The notes beneath the pieces were generated by a model. That model ran no database searches and had not been told where the DNA came from. It worked only from the letters and a program-made list of their open reading frames with translations. Both the position numbers and the translations under genes were made by a program. Of a stretch of DNA of 10,459 nucleotides, positions 1 to 7,338 are shown one piece after another. The first letter of the stretch is position 1. Each line of letters starts with the position of its first letter. The stretch covers positions 1 to 10,459 of the forward strand of contig JBHIFL010000115.1 of assembly GCA_046761065.1 (NCBI GenBank), read 5' to 3'. The DNA is from Candidatus Heimdallarchaeota archaeon (GTDB taxonomy: Archaea; Asgardarchaeota; Wukongarchaeia; Wukongarchaeales; JBHIFL01).

Positions 1-1226
1 TAGATGTATGTACCTCCTTCGGGTTTTATATCCAGCAAGTGCTTCATATCCCAGAAAGATAAGCATAGGATATAGTTCTCTGGAGCTTCGCCAATATCGT
101 TAGGATCGAGGAGCTGATCTGCAAATTCTGCACGTATTTCCCTTTCATACCTGTTGCGGGTTAGCTTCAGATCACTATATATTTGTAGAGCTCGCAATCT
201 ATCCGTGCGGTCAATGCATTTGATTGCTTCAAGTAGGTACGCGTCCTTTGCTAAGACAACAAGGGTCCTCTCCGTATTATTGGCAATTTCTATGAATGTG
301 TCCAAACGTTCGAAATTGCGGGGGGAAAAATCGGCAATAATGAGGTTTTCCTCCGCCATTGCAGGTTCTAGACATGTCGCGTACACCTCTTCCTCCGATT
401 CATCGCGATCTTGCTGATTGATGCGGGTCCCTTCCGTTATGAGTAGTTTGGGCGCCAAACTTTCAGCGGCTTCCACAAACCTTTCGGTTTTTTCTTTAAA
501 TCTCCCATGTGTTCGCAAGTCCCCGGTATAAACCACCCAGCCCGCGGAAGTGTTGATGGCATATGCCGCGGCACCGTAGATCGAGTGATCCACTTCAAAA
601 CACCGGAATTCTAAATTAAGGGAGGTCGCAGGACTCAATTCTCCCGGATGATACTCTCTACTGCTCGGACAGTTCCTCCAGAACTCTTCTAGTGCATCTG
701 TACATTCGTTAGTGACCAGGAACTGTCTACCTTGGTAAGAGACGCGTCGATAATCGCTGGTTCTGATTAACCGGGAACCTTCACTGGAATGCTCTTTCGG
801 GGTGATATATGCGGTTTCATATTCGATACCCGAACTACAATCGCACATTGCCTTCATAATAACAGCACTCATAGGCGTTGTGACGAACGGAATGCCAATG
901 TCAAGTAGACCCGCGTATCCAACATGATCGAGGTGCGCATGAGACAATAAGGCCGCATCTACTTTGAGATCCAACGCTGATGCAAGGTTCACATCACTGG
1001 GTATCATATCCTGTCTGTAACTTCTTATATTTGGAATCAACCCCATTCGGATGAGATCATGAATTCCCCGAGAAGATCTTGGTCTCAGAAATTCTTCAAA
1101 ATAATCTGCGGTTTTTTTGTAATTGATACCAAAATCCAGGAAGATCCCTGTTCCCTTAAACTCCAGGAAAATTTTGTTTCCCCCAATACATTTTGCACCA
1201 TCAAAGACTGTAATACTCGTAGACAA
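1..1226 (-). CDS. MBL-fold metallo-hydrolase, archaeal RNase J / beta-CASP-like (3' end runs off the window)
   Basis: Not in the ORF track, apparently because there is no stop in the window. TTG start at 1226 after GGAGG. Hand translation gives MSTSITVFDGAKCIGGNKIFLE...IFLDFG, LLSHAHLDHVG (HxHxDH, 924-941), VDHSIYGA, VVYTGDLRTHG and LLITEGT. Confidence 0.9.
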   Translation of the reverse strand, partial: MSTSITVFDGAKCIGGNKIFLEFKGTGIFLDFGINYKKTADYFEEFLRPRSSRGIHDLIRMGLIPNIRSYRQDMIPSDVNLASALDLKVDAALLSHAHLDHVGYAGLLDIGIPFVTTPMSAVIMKAMCDCSSGIEYETAYITPKEHSSEGSRLIRTSDYRRVSYQGRQFLVTNECTDALEEFWRNCPSSREYHPGELSPATSLNLEFRCFEVDHSIYGAAAYAINTSAGWVVYTGDLRTHGRFKEKTERFVEAAESLAPKLLITEGTRINQQDRDESEEEVYATCLEPAMAEENLIIADFSPRNFERLDTFIEIANNTERTLVVLAKDAYLLEAIKCIDRTDRLRALQIYSDLKLTRNRYEREIRAEFADQLLDPNDIGEAPENYILCLSFWDMKHLLDIKPEGGTYI

Positions 1227-1406
1227 TTACGATTCCTCCCTGATGAAATATATATGTAAGAGTACTAAGGATTATTAATTTTGTGGGCTTTATCAATTAA
1301 TTCACTCAAATCTTCGCTTGTGCCAAATTCAAGACAATCTATACAATTGTTCACCGTAATGACTTTTTGTGAACTCCTTAAGGGTATTCAAGCAGTAAGT
1401 GAATAA

Positions 1407-1615
1407 CAGACAATTAGAGACGCCGCACGGTATTATATCACAATTGAACTCAATTCTCAACAAATCATCTACCAGCTGGAACAAGCCGCCCAGCGCTCCA
1501 TCTATAAACTTTATACAGTGATCTCCCAGTCAAAGGAACTTGATCATTATACCGCTTCCAAAGTGCATCCGACTGAGACATTTCGGGAGCATTTGCTTGG
1601 CATCGCCAATTGGGT
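1407..1615 (+). pseudogene. Possible ISL3-family transposase fragment
   Basis: Open frame without a convincing start: ARYYITIELNSQQIIYQLEQAA...TETFREHLLGIANW. It resembles the ISL3 C-terminal TLRxHxxGIxNY segment, by eye only. Confidence 0.3.
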
Positions 1616-1670
1616 CCTGTTTCTGCTGCAGACGCGCGCCTCTGGTTCCCTCCCTTCTTCGGCAGCCCTC

Positions 1671-1721
1671 ACAGGCCAGCCAGGTGGAACTCCTGGCCCT
1701 GTCGCAGGGGACGATCCTGGG
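1671..1721 (+). repeat. GC-rich intergenic repeat, copy A (5' third only)
   Basis: caggccagccaggtggaactcctggccctgtcgcaggggacgatcct aligns with the start of copies C, E and F. Confidence 0.8.
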
Positions 1722-1756
1722 AAGGAATTGCAAACAAGATACTCATTTAAGCACAG

Positions 1757-2020
1757 TCATTTATAGATTTTTCCTCTTGTTTCTATTTTTAGCACAATAA
1801 TCCTTCTAGGATCCCTTTCTAGTTCATAGAGAATTCTATATCGACCCAGTCGGATCCGGTAGAGGTTTGTATACCCTCTAACCTTTTTGTAGGGATAACT
1901 GAAGGGGTTTTTTCTTAACTACGTAAAAATTTCTTTCAACTTCTCCCGATACCCCCGGTCCAAATTCTCCATAAATGTAGCTGCGTGTTTAGTAAAAAGG
2001 AGGTCAAATCCGCTGGTCAC
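1757..2020 (-). pseudogene. relE: RelE/ParE-family toxin with in-frame TAG at codon 34
   Basis: The GTG start overlaps the antitoxin stop (GTGA). Translation MTSGFDLLFTKHAATFMENLDRGYREKLKEIFT*LRKNPFSYPYKKVRGYTNLYRIRLGRYRILYELERDPRRIIVLKIETRGKIYK has the RelE YRIRxGxYRILY and RGxIY motifs. The TAG is at 1919-1921. Confidence 0.88.
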
Positions 2021-2202
2021 TCGGGAAACACTCCCTGAAACGGGATAAAGTCTCCTTTTTGAATTTCCTCTCTCAATTGGGCGATTTCTTCTTGTTCCTC
2101 CTCAGTTAAGTCCTCAAATCCTAGAAAATTATCGATTTTCGCATTGATTTCTAGCAACAATTGTTCGATTTTGCTCATCTTTTCTAGGAGCGTGTCCACC
2201 AT
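2017..2202 (-). CDS. Acidic antitoxin (archaeal RelB-like) paired with the RelE toxin
   Basis: 61 aa with an acidic C-terminus (EDLTEEEQEEIAQLREEIQKGDFIPF), strong RBS GAGGTGAGGAG, and coupling to relE. Confidence 0.8.
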   Translation of the reverse strand: MVDTLLEKMSKIEQLLLEINAKIDNFLGFEDLTEEEQEEIAQLREEIQKGDFIPFQGVFPE

Positions 2203-2243
2203 TTCTCCTCACCTCATGTCCTCAGACTCCTTTTGGAGAATTC

Positions 2244-2257
2244 TTATAAAAACTTTG
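2244..2257 (-). promoter_or_regulatory. Archaeal BRE/TATA promoter of the relBE-like operon
   Basis: The minus strand reads CAAAGTTTTTATAA about 45 nt upstream of the ATG at 2202. Confidence 0.55.
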
Positions 2258-2317
2258 ATGTACTTTTCGCTCAGATTGGGAATGGACTTAAAGATGAACC
2301 AGTCGAATCTACTAAGT

Positions 2318-2460
2318 GAGTAGGAGCCTCAGGGGAAACTCCCAGCTCTGTTTCGGGCTCTCGAGGAGCCATAACTCCGTGGTGACGCTCATACGACATG
2401 ACACCCACTCGACGGCGGGGGCGCGACTCCAGCGGTCGGGGGCTTCACGCATCAAGGAGT
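2318..2460 (+). repeat. GC-rich intergenic repeat, copy B (near full length, 14-nt internal deletion)
   Basis: gagtaggag...tcgggctctcgaggagccataactccgtggtga...catgacacccactcgacggcg...gggggcttc...caaggagt. Confidence 0.92.
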
Positions 2461-2508
2461 GGTCTAAAAGGAGCGATTCATGAGCTCGAGCGAATTGTTG
2501 GTACTTGG

Positions 2509-2769
2509 CTACTCTTGCCACAGTTTATAGGCATTAATAATAACCAACCCTTCCGGTTCGCCTTTTGCATTCCTTTCTATATAAACCGGGCCTTGTTGAT
2601 CTATCATGTCGCTCTCCGCGATTTCAGGGTTAATCTTAAAGTAAATGTAGAGGACATCTGCTTCTTCGTCATAATCTAGGCTCACAACATGTGGGAGGCT
2701 CAAGGCATTTTTTTCGAGCACTCGGTGGACGGTTCGCAATGGATCAATTTTCATTAGAGTTCTGGCCAC
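2509..2769 (-). CDS. DUF2283-family protein (putative antitoxin)
   Basis: LDYDEEADVLYIYF...AESDM...IERNAKGEPEGLVIINA is the typical DUF2283 pattern. RBS GAGGAG lies upstream. Confidence 0.85.
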   Translation of the reverse strand: MARTLMKIDPLRTVHRVLEKNALSLPHVVSLDYDEEADVLYIYFKINPEIAESDMIDQQGPVYIERNAKGEPEGLVIINAYKLWQE

Positions 2770-3050
2770 TCTGCGTATCTCCTCGTAAAATTTGCAAGAT
2801 TAATAGGGATTACCGTAATAATAAATCCATCGATTTCGAACGCTTTATAGAGCACGACTAAGCAGTCGGTGAATCCACCTAAGTTTCCCCACTCTGTATT
2901 GACGGTATGAACTTCACATCCCTATGGATTATTCACCAAGTGATTAGGATTCTTGACCGTTTCCAAGAGGTGGTCCACTTGCAATGTTTTCGGAAACCGT
3001 TTTCGGGTGATATGTTGCCATTGCACCAGGGTTAAGCGAATCTTCAGATC
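2754..3050 (-). pseudogene. Decayed RelE-like/DUF4258-type toxin paired with DUF2283
   Basis: KIRLTLVQWQHITRK...LLETVKNPNHLVNNP*...CLVVLYKAFEIDGFIITVIP. In-frame TAG at 2922-2924, no clean start, and it overlaps the DUF2283 start. Confidence 0.7.
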
Positions 3051-3137
3051 GGGATCCCAAAGGATATGGCACAGGTAAGAATAAGAACAAAAAAAAGAAG
3101 AATCATAACGTGCGAAGAAGATAGATAGGGAAGAGAT

Positions 3138-3839
3138 ATGCCATCAGAGAACCTGGAGGAGCGAGATAATGTGCATGACAAGAAGGAGAGGATAGATACC
3201 ACACTTCGGTTCGTCTTAAAGGCGGGACAGGTAAGGAGGTTGCCGAAGGATATCGCTAGCGCTCCATCCAAAATTCGCTTGAGCCAAAAAATCCTCGACC
3301 AGGGGAACAAAGCTGTTCGACGTGCCAATGCCTCGGGAAATGAATGGGGTTTTTTCTTTCATCTTAGTAAGCAGGGGCAATTCCTCCCAAGTGAACTGAA
3401 AGAAGGCACTCCTCAAGTTTGGATTAGTCGAGAAGAGTACTTAAAGGCCAAAAAACAGGATGAAACGCTCCAAGGGCTTTTACATACGCATCCCGAGGCG
3501 AAAACGGTGTTTAGTGAGAGTAATATAGGATTTTTCCTCGACGCCATTGATGTTATTCATATTTGTATGGATTCTCAAGGGGATTATTTCCTCATTCTGC
3601 GCACCGAAAAAACTCCTCCTCCTCACGAAGGGCTGTTTGAGGAGGCTGTCAATCAGTATATCGATTTAGCCCGAAAAGAAACAGTCACCTATGTTCGAGA
3701 ACATGATCTGGAGCATACCAAGGATTCCGCCGAAGCCATTAATCACGGGCTCTTTGAAGCGATGAAAGCGGTATGCAAAAAGTATAATATCGTCCTCTAC
3801 ATAGGTAGAAGTAGGAAGGCTGCGGAGAAGGTGGAGTAA
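3138..3839 (+). CDS. JAB/MPN (JAMM)-like domain protein, possible toxin
   Basis: 233 aa. NEWGFFF upstream and GLLHTHPEAKTVFSESNI fit E...HxHx7SxxD, with the final D replaced by N. Confidence 0.6.
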   Translation: MPSENLEERDNVHDKKERIDTTLRFVLKAGQVRRLPKDIASAPSKIRLSQKILDQGNKAVRRANASGNEWGFFFHLSKQGQFLPSELKEGTPQVWISREEYLKAKKQDETLQGLLHTHPEAKTVFSESNIGFFLDAIDVIHICMDSQGDYFLILRTEKTPPPHEGLFEEAVNQYIDLARKETVTYVREHDLEHTKDSAEAINHGLFEAMKAVCKKYNIVLYIGRSRKAAEKVE

Positions 3840-4007
3840 GTGAAAAAGTCAGAACAGATCCAACACGAACTTTTGAAGCGTGTGAGAGAGGGAAGGACCT
3901 TTTTAGGGGACCTAAGTGGTATTCGCGAATTTCTGGAGGCGGTCGTGGAGGAAACAATAGAGGAAAAAGCCAAACCCAAGAAAGAACAAGCGCAGGTGAA
4001 GACATAA
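3840..4007 (+). CDS. Small hypothetical protein (55 aa) coupled to the JAB-like gene
   Basis: GTG directly follows the upstream TAA, with RBS AGGTGGAG. Translation MKKSEQIQHELLKRVREGRTFLGDLSGIREFLEAVVEETIEEKAKPKKEQAQVKT. It is shorter than any ORF in the track. Confidence 0.65.
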   Translation: MKKSEQIQHELLKRVREGRTFLGDLSGIREFLEAVVEETIEEKAKPKKEQAQVKT

Positions 4008-4200
4008 CCCGTTCTTGGGACTTCTAGTCTTGAATTATTTCCATGACTATCAAAATTCGCTCCTTTTGGGGAGTAAAACCGGAGAATTCTTGTTCCTCTA
4101 GTTTTATGGTTTATAGAGAGCGAGTAGAGCTAATCTCCACATCTGAAAAAAAACTGGTTTGTAGAGATAAAGAGTGTATTTGGTGAAGGGATCTTCCAAC

Positions 4201-4294
4201 GATCAGGCGACCCCGGGAGAACTCCTGGGCCTGTCGCGGGGGATGATCCTCGGGCTCTCGATGAGCCATAACTCCGTGGTGAAGCTCGTGCGAC
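4201..4294 (+). repeat. GC-rich intergenic repeat, copy C (3' truncated)
   Basis: gatcaggcgaccccgggagaactcctgggcctgtcgcgggggatgatcctcgggctctcgatgagccataactccgtggtgaagctcgtgcgac. Confidence 0.92.
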
Positions 4295-4439
4295 TAGGAA
4301 TTTTCCACTGGTTGATTTCATCTTAATCCCAGAAGGGATCGTTGGCTTTCTTCTCGCGACACTCCTGGTAGCGATGATTCCTATGCGACAATGGAGTAAA
4401 AAGTGTTAATTTGCCAATCACGCATTCCTGCAAAACACC

Positions 4440-4883
4440 TCAATCTATCGATTCAAGATTAATTACTTCGATTTTCATCCTTTTTGCATACTGTAATATG
4501 AATTTATCCGATGTAACGAGTGGGAATGCGTATTTTCGAGCGGTTGCTACATGGAATGCGTCAAAAAAGTGAAGTTTTCTTGGCCCCCCATACAGACTGT
4601 AGTATTTTAGAGCACTTATTGAGATGTCAAGAGTAGAATAAACGCATTTATGTTTTATTGCAGCTAGATCCTCCAAAATCCTTATAATTTGCGAATTAGT
4701 TGTTCCTTGGGACTTATAGGCAGTTATGATGTCCATATAAAATTCAGGGGAACCGATGAGCTTTATTTGATCTGTATTTGCTCTCTTTATAAGTATGGCT
4801 GAATGATCTGCCAAGGCGTTGTCTGCCAAATAGGCGATGATAACATCCGCATCGATCAGAACCTTAGTTTGAATGGTTTTCAT
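4440..4883 (-). CDS. vapC: PIN-domain VapC toxin
   Basis: VLIDADVIIAYL...LHFFDAFHVATA...LVTSDK are PIN motifs. The ATG at 4883 follows AAGGAG and overlaps the antitoxin. Confidence 0.9.
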   Translation of the reverse strand: MKTIQTKVLIDADVIIAYLADNALADHSAILIKRANTDQIKLIGSPEFYMDIITAYKSQGTTNSQIIRILEDLAAIKHKCVYSTLDISISALKYYSLYGGPRKLHFFDAFHVATARKYAFPLVTSDKFILQYAKRMKIEVINLESID

Positions 4884-5103
4884 GGGCAAGCTCCTTGAGA
4901 AATTTTTCTTGATCTTCTTCGATCTCTTCTATGGATTTTTCGAGGCGATATTTCCCTCTCAAGCTGTCAACAGGCGGTATAGGTACCAATCGGATTTCTC
5001 CCTCGAAAAGTTCAACCAAGAAGCGATTAGTTTTTATTTTATCTCGGATTTCTTTTGGAATTACCATTCTGCCTTTTTTATCATATTCAATTACATGACT
5101 CAT
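4864..5103 (-). CDS. AbrB/MazE/SpoVT-family antitoxin
   Basis: DKKGRMVIPKEIRDKI...GEIRLVP is the swapped-hairpin signature, followed by an acidic tail. It lies upstream of the PIN gene. Confidence 0.9.
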   Translation of the reverse strand: MSHVIEYDKKGRMVIPKEIRDKIKTNRFLVELFEGEIRLVPIPPVDSLRGKYRLEKSIEEIEEDQEKFLKELAHENHSN

Positions 5104-5180
5104 TTTCCCACATGTTTAATTTTTTTCCACTTATAATTATATTTTCCCATTTTATTATAATATTTCCCATTTCGATAATG
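5101..5180 (-). promoter_or_regulatory. AT-rich promoter/operator region with four ~20-bp-periodic TTTCC(C)A boxes
   Basis: ttttccca, ttttcca, ttttccca and tttccca at about 5103, 5123, 5142 and 5163, just upstream of the AbrB-type gene. Confidence 0.55.
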
Positions 5181-5205
5181 TTATGTCGCCTGGAGTTGCG
5201 GTTCA

Positions 5206-5329
5206 GCGAGGTGGAAGATTCTCGGGCTCTCGATGCGCCATCACTCCGGGGTGACGTTCGTGCGCCATGAAACCCACTCGGCGGCGTAGACGCTCCCACC
5301 GAGTTCAGGACTCTCGTACCCGAAGAGGC
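5206..5329 (+). repeat. GC-rich intergenic repeat, copy D (5' truncated, divergent 3' end)
   Basis: gaagattctcgggctctcgatgcgccatcactccggggtgacgttcgtgcgccatgaaacccactcggcggcgtagacgctcccaccg. Confidence 0.88.
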
Positions 5330-5438
5330 GCTTCACTGACCAAAAAAAGGTTTAAAACGGAGTGAAGGCATCTAACATAAGTGAGTGCCTGTATCCCTCC
5401 ACTTCAAAATATTCTAGATTCTGCCTATAGAATGAAGG

Positions 5439-5463
5439 TTTAAATAATCTGTGTGTATACACA
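5439..5463 (+). promoter_or_regulatory. TATA box plus palindromic operator of vapBC
   Basis: TTTAAATA at 5439-5446 is followed by the perfect 12-bp palindrome TGTGTATACACA at 5452-5463. Confidence 0.65.
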
Positions 5464-5478
5464 TATGTGGAGAATAAA

Positions 5479-5706
5479 ATGGGAAGTAAAACGATAAGCC
5501 TTGATGAAGAGGCATATTCACGTCTCAAACAAGAAAAAAAGGATAAAGAATCCTTTTCTGATGTAGTTAAGCGTATTACTCGGCCTATGAAACAGAAATC
5601 CCTCTTAGAATTTGCGGGAATTTGGCAATTATCTATAGAAGAATGGGAAACAATGCAACACGCCCTAGCAGACTTACGGAGCCAGTTTGATGATTTGTTT
5701 GGATAG
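5479..5706 (+). CDS. vapB: Archaeal VapB-family antitoxin (DUF217-like)
   Basis: MGSKTISLDEEAYSRLKQEKKDKESFSDVVKRI...LLEFAGIW. The ATG at 5479 follows GGAG. Confidence 0.9.
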   Translation: MGSKTISLDEEAYSRLKQEKKDKESFSDVVKRITRPMKQKSLLEFAGIWQLSIEEWETMQHALADLRSQFDDLFG

Positions 5707-6085
5707 CGATATAATGATGGCGTTCCTTCGAGGCGATCAGGACGCCGTGGCTAAAATCAAAGAACTTGACCCCGAGCGAGAGGTCGTGTCAACTGCTATC
5801 AACGCGTTGGAACTTTTTGTTGGGATTGTTGCGGTAGAAGGCGTCTCAGGAAAGCGCGTTGAGGCGACACGCGAGTTTCTTTCCACATTAACTATTTTTC
5901 CCTTAAATACCGGGGCCGCAGAACGGACAGCTTACATTTTAAATACCCTCAAGAAGATGGGAACCCCAATTGGCTTGAAAGATTCATTGATCGCTGGAAT
6001 TGTCCTCGAAAACAACCTGACTTTAGTGACCAAAAATATTAAGCATTTTGAGCGCGTGGCAGGATTAAAACTTGAAAGCTGGTGA
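5690..6085 (+). CDS. vapC: PIN-domain VapC toxin
   Basis: MICLDSDIMMAFLRG...ELFVG...GTPIGLKDSLIAGIVLENNLTLVTKNIKHFERVAGL. Confidence 0.93.
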   Translation: MICLDSDIMMAFLRGDQDAVAKIKELDPEREVVSTAINALELFVGIVAVEGVSGKRVEATREFLSTLTIFPLNTGAAERTAYILNTLKKMGTPIGLKDSLIAGIVLENNLTLVTKNIKHFERVAGLKLESW

Positions 6086-6331
6086 ATGAAGCTGAACTCA
6101 TCCCCCTCAGCAAGCGGAGTTAGTTAGACACTAGGCGTTAGTATTGCATGCGTCTCGGACTCATCTTGTTTTGAATGGTCTTTCGCGGGTTGTTTATCCC
6201 TTAGGACTACCTTTGATTTTTCATCATTGGTTGTTCCAAAAATACGGTGATTCGGTACCGGCTTTCACGATGTTCTTTAAACAAACAAATTCTCTATTGG
6301 GTGAAATTTCTACTAAATAACTCCTCCAAAC

Positions 6332-6489
6332 GAGTAGGAGAGCCAAGTGGACCGCCCGGTCTTGTCGCGAGGGACGATCCTCGGGCTCTCGATGAGCAAT
6401 CACTCCGTGGTGAGGTCCGTGCAAGATGACACACACTCGGCGGCGTGGCCGCGCCCTCTGGGTTTGGGAGCTTCCGTGCACCAAGGAGT
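6332..6489 (+). repeat. GC-rich intergenic repeat, copy E (full length, 158 bp)
   Basis: Colinear with copy F, about 80% identical by hand count (about 30 substitutions and one indel). Confidence 0.93.
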
Positions 6490-6574
6490 TCTTGAGTTCC
6501 CGCAAAGTGTCCTAGTCTCCTTTTGGTTTTAGTCTAGGGAGAAGATGCTTGGGGTCATTTGGTGCGAAATGATC

Positions 6575-6613
6575 GGAATCTGTGTAACCCTTCAAGGGGG
6601 AGGTAGAGTTCAC
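6575..6613 (+). mobile_element. Degenerate IS200/IS605-type right end
   Basis: ggaatc...cccttcaagggggaggtagagttcac has a short palindrome and ends in GTTCAC, like the right end at 7028. Confidence 0.35.
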
Positions 6614-6663
6614 AGAAACAAAAGAAAAGGAGTACTTGTGGCACTTTACTCGGGATATTAGGC

Positions 6664-6975
6664 TTATTGGCGAGTGGTGAGTGCCCGAGAAGTGTGGAGA
6701 AAGGGAGTCAGGATGTCCTTGGAGAGTGGGGTTAAATCAATAGTAAGCGATGGATTGCGCGTTTTTACCGTCTCCCTGATGGTTCCTTGGACGGTGCAAA
6801 GTTTCTCGCAGGCAACACTAATTTCGCTAATGGTGTATGTGAACTAAGGTTGATTAGTTGGCGAAACCCGGTGAAGCGAAGTTTCCCGACCCCCACAGCG
6901 CAGTCTGCAATCCATGTATCGAATCTGGATGTGTACGCGAGAATGTAGTGGGTATTTTTCTGGGATCGCTGAGAT
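6664..6975 (-). pseudogene. Possible frameshifted C-terminal fragment of a DDE transposase (IS4/IS1634-like)
   Basis: Two frames read HYILAYTSRFDTW... and YTISEISVACEKLCTVQGTI...DLTPLSKDILTPF. The resemblance is weak and by eye only. Confidence 0.2.
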
Positions 6976-7027
6976 CCGATTCATTATTGAAGGGTAAATT
7001 TTCTATTTTGTGCACATTGTAATAGGA

Positions 7028-7291
7028 GTGAACTACCCCGCCCTGCCAGACGGAGCTTCGGGCGAAGGGTGCTGTCCAACGACGGTTGGCAGCCTTATTC
7101 GCATCGGACGATTCACACGCCCACTACTTCCTATCCTTGCGGATTCAGAAGCTACTTTGAGGATTTGATAGTCCATTTCAGCACTAGATACATTGCCCCA
7201 TCCTCACAAATTATTATACTTCCAATGATTTAAACCCTGTGTGAGCGATTCACCTCCCCACTTTCGCAGGGATTCTTCTCGCCAATTTGAG
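7028..7291 (-). mobile_element. Non-autonomous IS200/IS605 derivative (PATE-like) with internally deleted tnpB
   Basis: Minus strand: TTTAT target (7296-7292), left end CTCAAATTGGCGAGAAGAATCCC...GGGGAGGTGAATCGC, TATA-like TTTAAAT, a tnpB-like tail ILKVASESARIGSSGRVNRPMRIR...EAPSGRAG*, and right end GAAGCTCCGTCTGGCAGGGCGGGGTAGTTCAC. Confidence 0.8.
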
Positions 7292-7338
7292 ATAAATCTT
7301 ATTTTTAAAAAAATCTACTCAGGGGGTGTGAAAAAATC

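Noticed and set aside
154-417. Plus-strand ORFs at 154-417 and 1059-1259
   Set aside because: Antisense shadows of the MBL hydrolase gene.
5169-5190. dif/pdif-like ATTTCGATAA-tg-TTATGT
   Set aside because: The spacer is 2 nt instead of 6, and the motif does not recur at other module borders.
5370-6143. attC-core-like heptamers ATCTAAC (5370) and GTTAGAC (6123) around vapBC
   Set aside because: They are about 750 bp apart. The local GCTGAAC...GTTAG hairpin at 6091-6143 is short and lacks proper R and L boxes.
2228-6526. Recurrent CTCCTTTTGG decamer near 2228, 4060 and 6517
   Set aside because: Short, with no fixed position relative to the repeats or genes, and it resembles a reverse RBS-like purine run.
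2312-6532. Short track ORFs crossing repeat copies (2312-2521, 4130-4321, 5055-5270, 5087-5299, 6224-6505, 6247-6429, 6347-6532)
   Set aside because: They arise from the GC-rich, stop-poor repeat. They have no consistent start, RBS or length between copies.
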